DNA of 64,000 nucleotides, taken from an uncultured Candidatus Rokubacteria bacterium. GTDB taxonomy: Bacteria > Methylomirabilota > Methylomirabilia > Rokubacteriales > CSP1-6. Location: NCBI GenBank assembly GCA_963747235.1, contig CAVVEU010000008.1, forward strand, positions 96,001 to 160,000, written 5' to 3'. The position numbers and the translations under genes are program-made. Below are positions 62,654-64,000 of this stretch, piece after piece (positions within the stretch are counted from its first letter, which is position 1; each line of letters opens with the position of its first letter). Below the pieces are notes generated by a model that saw only the letters and a program-made list of their open reading frames with translations, did not search any database and was not told where the DNA came from.

Positions 62654-63818
62654 ATGGACTTCGCGCTCACGGAATCACAGGAGCTGATCAAGAAGGAGAC
62701 GGGGGCGCTCGCCCGCACCTTCTCGCTCGACTACTGGCTCGACAAGGACGATCGAGCCGAGTACCCGACCGACTTCGTGAAGGCCTTCGCGGACAACGGC
62801 TGGCTCGGCATCACGATCCCGGAGGAGTACGGCGGGGCCGGGCTGGGCGTCACCGAGGCCGCGCTGATGCTCCACGAGATCTGCGCCTCGGGCGCCGGCA
62901 CCTCCGGCTGCTCCCCCATCCACTTCTACGTGTTCCCGCCCACCCCGATCGTCAAGTACGGCACCGAGGCGATGAAGCGGAAGTACCTGCCGCGGATCGT
63001 GAGCGGCGACATCGTGATGGCCTTCGGCGTGACCGAGCCCAACGCGGGCACCGACACCTCGCGCATCCAGACCCGCGCCGTGAAGCAGGGCGACCGCTGG
63101 GTCGTCAACGGGCGGAAGGTCTGGACCACGAACGCCCAGCACGCCAACAAGATCCTCCTGCTCGCGCGCACCGCCGACCGCGACCCGGCCCGTCCGCTCA
63201 AAGGGATGACGCTCTTCTTCGCCGACTTCGATCGCGCCAAGATCTCGGTGCGCCTGATCCACAAGCTCGGCCGGGCCGCGGTCGACTCCAACGAGATCTT
63301 CATCGACGACCTGGAGATCCCCGACGCGGACGTGGTGGGCACGCCGGGCGAGGGCTTCTACCACCTGCTCGACTCGCTCAACCCCGAGCGCATCGTGATC
63401 GGGATCGAGGCGGTCGGCATCGGACGCGCCGCGCTGGACCGCGCGGTGCAGTACGCCAAGGAGCGCGTCGTCTTCGACCGGCCGATCGGGAAGAACCAGG
63501 CCATCGCGCATCCGCTCGCCCACGCGATGGCCCAGCTCGACGCGGCCGAGATGATGTGTCTCAAGGCCGCGTGGCTCTTCGACAACGGTAAGCCCTGCGG
63601 GCGCGAGGCCAACGCGGCCAAGATGCTCGCGGCCGAGGCCGGGTTCAACGCCTGCGACGCCGCGCTCCAGACCTTCGGCGGCTTCGGCTACGCCAAGGAG
63701 TTCCACGTGGAGCGGCTGTGGCGGGAGGTCCGGCTCTACAAGATCGCGCCCGGTCTCCCAGCAGATGGCGCTCAACTACCTGGCCGAGCACGTGCTCGGC
63801 CTGCCGCGGTCCTACTAG
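62654..63818 (+). CDS. Acyl-CoA dehydrogenase; frameshifts near 62700-62750 and 63750
   Basis: FGVTEPNAG, LNPER, RPIGKNQ, GGFGYAKE; SD AGGAGG. Confidence 0.88.
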
Positions 63819-63822
63819 CGCG

Positions 63823-64000
63823 ATGGAGCTGCTCCTCACCACCCACGACACCGGGTACGAGCGACCCGACGGGCCGACCATCGCCAAGGTGCTGGCGTCG
63901 CTCGACGGCGGCCGCAACGTGCTGGCCACCCTCGGCACCTCCGACGCGACGTATCTGCAGGCCAGCGGGAGCGTGCAGACCGGCTTCGGCCTGTACCTGC
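63823..64000 (+). CDS. Hypothetical protein, N-terminal part (truncated by window edge)
   Basis: ATG 4 nt after previous stop, open to the end: MELLLTTHDTGYERPDG... Confidence 0.55.
   Translation, partial: MELLLTTHDTGYERPDGPTIAKVLASLDGGRNVLATLGTSDATYLQASGSVQTGFGLYL

Overview
High-GC (roughly 70% by eye) bacterial chromosomal segment. Gene content and style suggest Candidatus Rokubacteria/Methylomirabilota (inference only). Many genes are split by 1-bp indels spread evenly across the window, most likely long-read assembly errors, so they are reported as single genes. Layout: (1-10 kb) housekeeping run hpt-ftsH-folP-cdaA-cdaR-glmM-acpS-lipoprotein-nnr-tsaE-radC-VOC; (10.0-10.5 kb) a small basic protein with a consensus sigma70 promoter and four tandem DnaA boxes upstream; pyrD-like, RidA, PilZ, NUDIX; a TauD-TauE-TctCBA module; a decayed cyclase-TPR remnant; an operon of F420-type LLM, crotonase, crotonyl-CoA carboxylase/reductase (Glu-to-Gln variant), Zn-ADH, unknown protein and MFS; a peptide ABC transporter, GMC oxidoreductase, rluD, DUF222-HNH element, class III cyclase and a paired acyl-CoA dehydrogenase. 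The most striking locus (41.1-47.3 kb) is a compact periplasmic operon joining an IorAB-type molybdenum hydroxylase, cytochrome c, FccB/SoxF and soxX-Y-Z-A, with a non-canonical SoxY arm (AACLED) and no soxB/soxCD. The rest is accessory catabolic and regulatory genes. At least eight genes have a -10 hexamer 6-7 nt before the start codon, pointing to leaderless mRNAs. No tRNA, rRNA or CRISPR array was seen.
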